Shown piece after piece: positions 62,500 to 64,000 of a DNA stretch of 64,000 nucleotides. Within the stretch, counting starts at the first letter, position 1; the number at the start of each line of letters is the position of its first letter. The stretch is from Mobula hypostoma. Taxonomy: Eukaryota. The notes beneath the pieces were generated by a model. The model made no database searches. It saw only the letters and a program-made list of their open reading frames with translations, and was not told the origin of the DNA. Made by a program: the position numbers and the translations under genes. Location: positions 161,450,001 through 161,514,000 of the forward strand of contig NC_086097.1 of NCBI RefSeq assembly GCF_963921235.1. Direction: 5' to 3'.

Positions 62500-64000
62500 G
62501 CAGCATCAACTTCATGGACTCTATACCGATTACAGAGGAAGGAATTGTTTGCTGTCCTGAGGCAAATTAGAGTGGATAAATCCCCAGGGGTGACAAGGTG
62601 TTCCCTCAGACCCTGCAGGAGGCAAGTGCAAAAATTTCTGGGGCCCTAACAGAGATATTTAAATCATTCTTAGCGACAGGTGAAGAACCAGAGGATTGAT
62701 GGATAGCAAATGTTTTACAGGCCAGTGAACCTGACATCAGTGATGGGAAAGTTATTGGAAGGTATTCTAAGGGACTGGATATATGAGTATTTAGATAGAC
62801 ATGGACTGATTAAGAATAGTCAGCATGGCTTCATGTGTGATAGGTCATGTCCAACCAATCTTTTAGAGTTTTTCGAGAAAGTTGCCAGGAAAGTTGATGA
62901 AGGCAAGGCAATGGATGTAATCTATATGTACTTTAGCAAGGCATTTGACAAGGTCCAGCATGGGAGGTTGGTTAAGAAGGTTCAGTCGCTCAGCATTCAA
63001 GATGAAGTAGGAAATTAGACTACACTTTGGCTTTGTGGGAGAAGTCAGAGAGTGGTAGTAGATGGTTGCCTCTCTGAATGGAGGCATGACTAGTGGAGTG
63101 CTGCAGGGAACAATGCTGGATCCATTGTTGTTTGTCATCTATATAAACGATCTGTATAATAATGTTATTAACTGGATCAGCAACTTTGTGGATGACACCA
63201 GGATTGGGGATATATTGGACAGCAAAAAGGGTTATCATGGCATGCAGCAGGATATGGACTAGCTGGAAAAATGGCAGATGGAATTTAATACAGACAAATG
63301 TGAGGTGTTCCACTTTGATAGAGCCAACCAGGGTAGGGCTTATACAGTACAGTACGGCACTGAAGAGTGCAGTAGAACAAAGGATCTGGGAATTCAGGTC
63401 CATAATTTATTGCAAGTGGCATTACAAGTAGAGAGAGTCATAAGGAAAGCTTTTAGCACAGTGGCCTTCATAAATCAAGGTACTGAGTACAGAAGATGGG
63501 ATGTTATGTTGAAGTTGTACAAGGCATTGCTGAGGCCTAATTTGGAGTATTGTGTGCAGTTTTGATTACCTATTTGCAGGAAAGATGAAAATAAGGTTGA
63601 AAGAGTACAAAAAAAAATTGTAAGGATGTTGCCGGTAGTGGCAGACCTGAGTTATAAGGAAAGATTGAATAGGTTAGGACTTTATTCCTTAGAATGTAGA
63701 GGACTGAGGGAAGATTTGAAAGAGGTATACAAAATTATGAAGGGTATAGATAAGATAAACGCAAGCAGGCTTTTTCCACTGAGGTTGGGTGGGACTACAA
63801 CTAGAGGTGAAAGAGGAAAAGTTTAAGGGGAACATGAGGGGAAACCTCTTCACTCAAAGGATCATGAGAGTGTGGTACAAACTGCCAGTGCAAGAGATGC
63901 ATGCGAGTTCAATTTCAATGTATAAGAAAAGTCTGGATAGGTCCATGGATGGTAGAGTTATGCAAGGCTATGGTCTCGCTGCAGATCAATGGGAGTAGAC
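62500..64000 (+). mobile_element. Decayed CR1 ORF2 RT fragment running to the window end
   Basis: YRPVNLTSVMGKLLE, FSKAFDKV, FVDDTRI, LLRPNLEYCVQF. Confidence 0.9.

Overview
Eukaryotic (vertebrate) genomic DNA. The CR1/Rex1/V-SINE/Penelope repeat content suggests a cartilaginous fish (inference). Two host genes lie tail-to-tail. On the + strand are six coding exons of SLC45A4 (18700-34078; I found no first coding exon, so it is probably upstream), followed by a probable ~3.2 kb repeat-free 3' UTR. On the - strand are the last two coding exons of DENND3 (52116-51979 and 50275-50081), which the ORF track largely misses. The rest is mostly transposon-derived: an L1 3' half, a Helitron with both termini and a nested pogo element, a Tx1 fragment, many CR1 and Rex1/Babar fragments, V-SINEs, a tRNA-Ala pseudogene, and a decayed BEL/Pao element carrying four nested insertions. 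The most striking structure is a set of Penelope-like (GIY-YIG) insertions with minimal hammerhead-ribozyme motifs. Three are asymmetric fold-backs flanked by 12-14 bp target-site duplications (TSDs): a near-perfect 2.2 kb palindrome with a 1-nt spacer, a 1.1 kb older fold-back and a 0.2 kb mini-hairpin. A fourth is a 36-bp tail-only insertion. All calls come from reading the sequence by eye; boundaries of old repeats are approximate.
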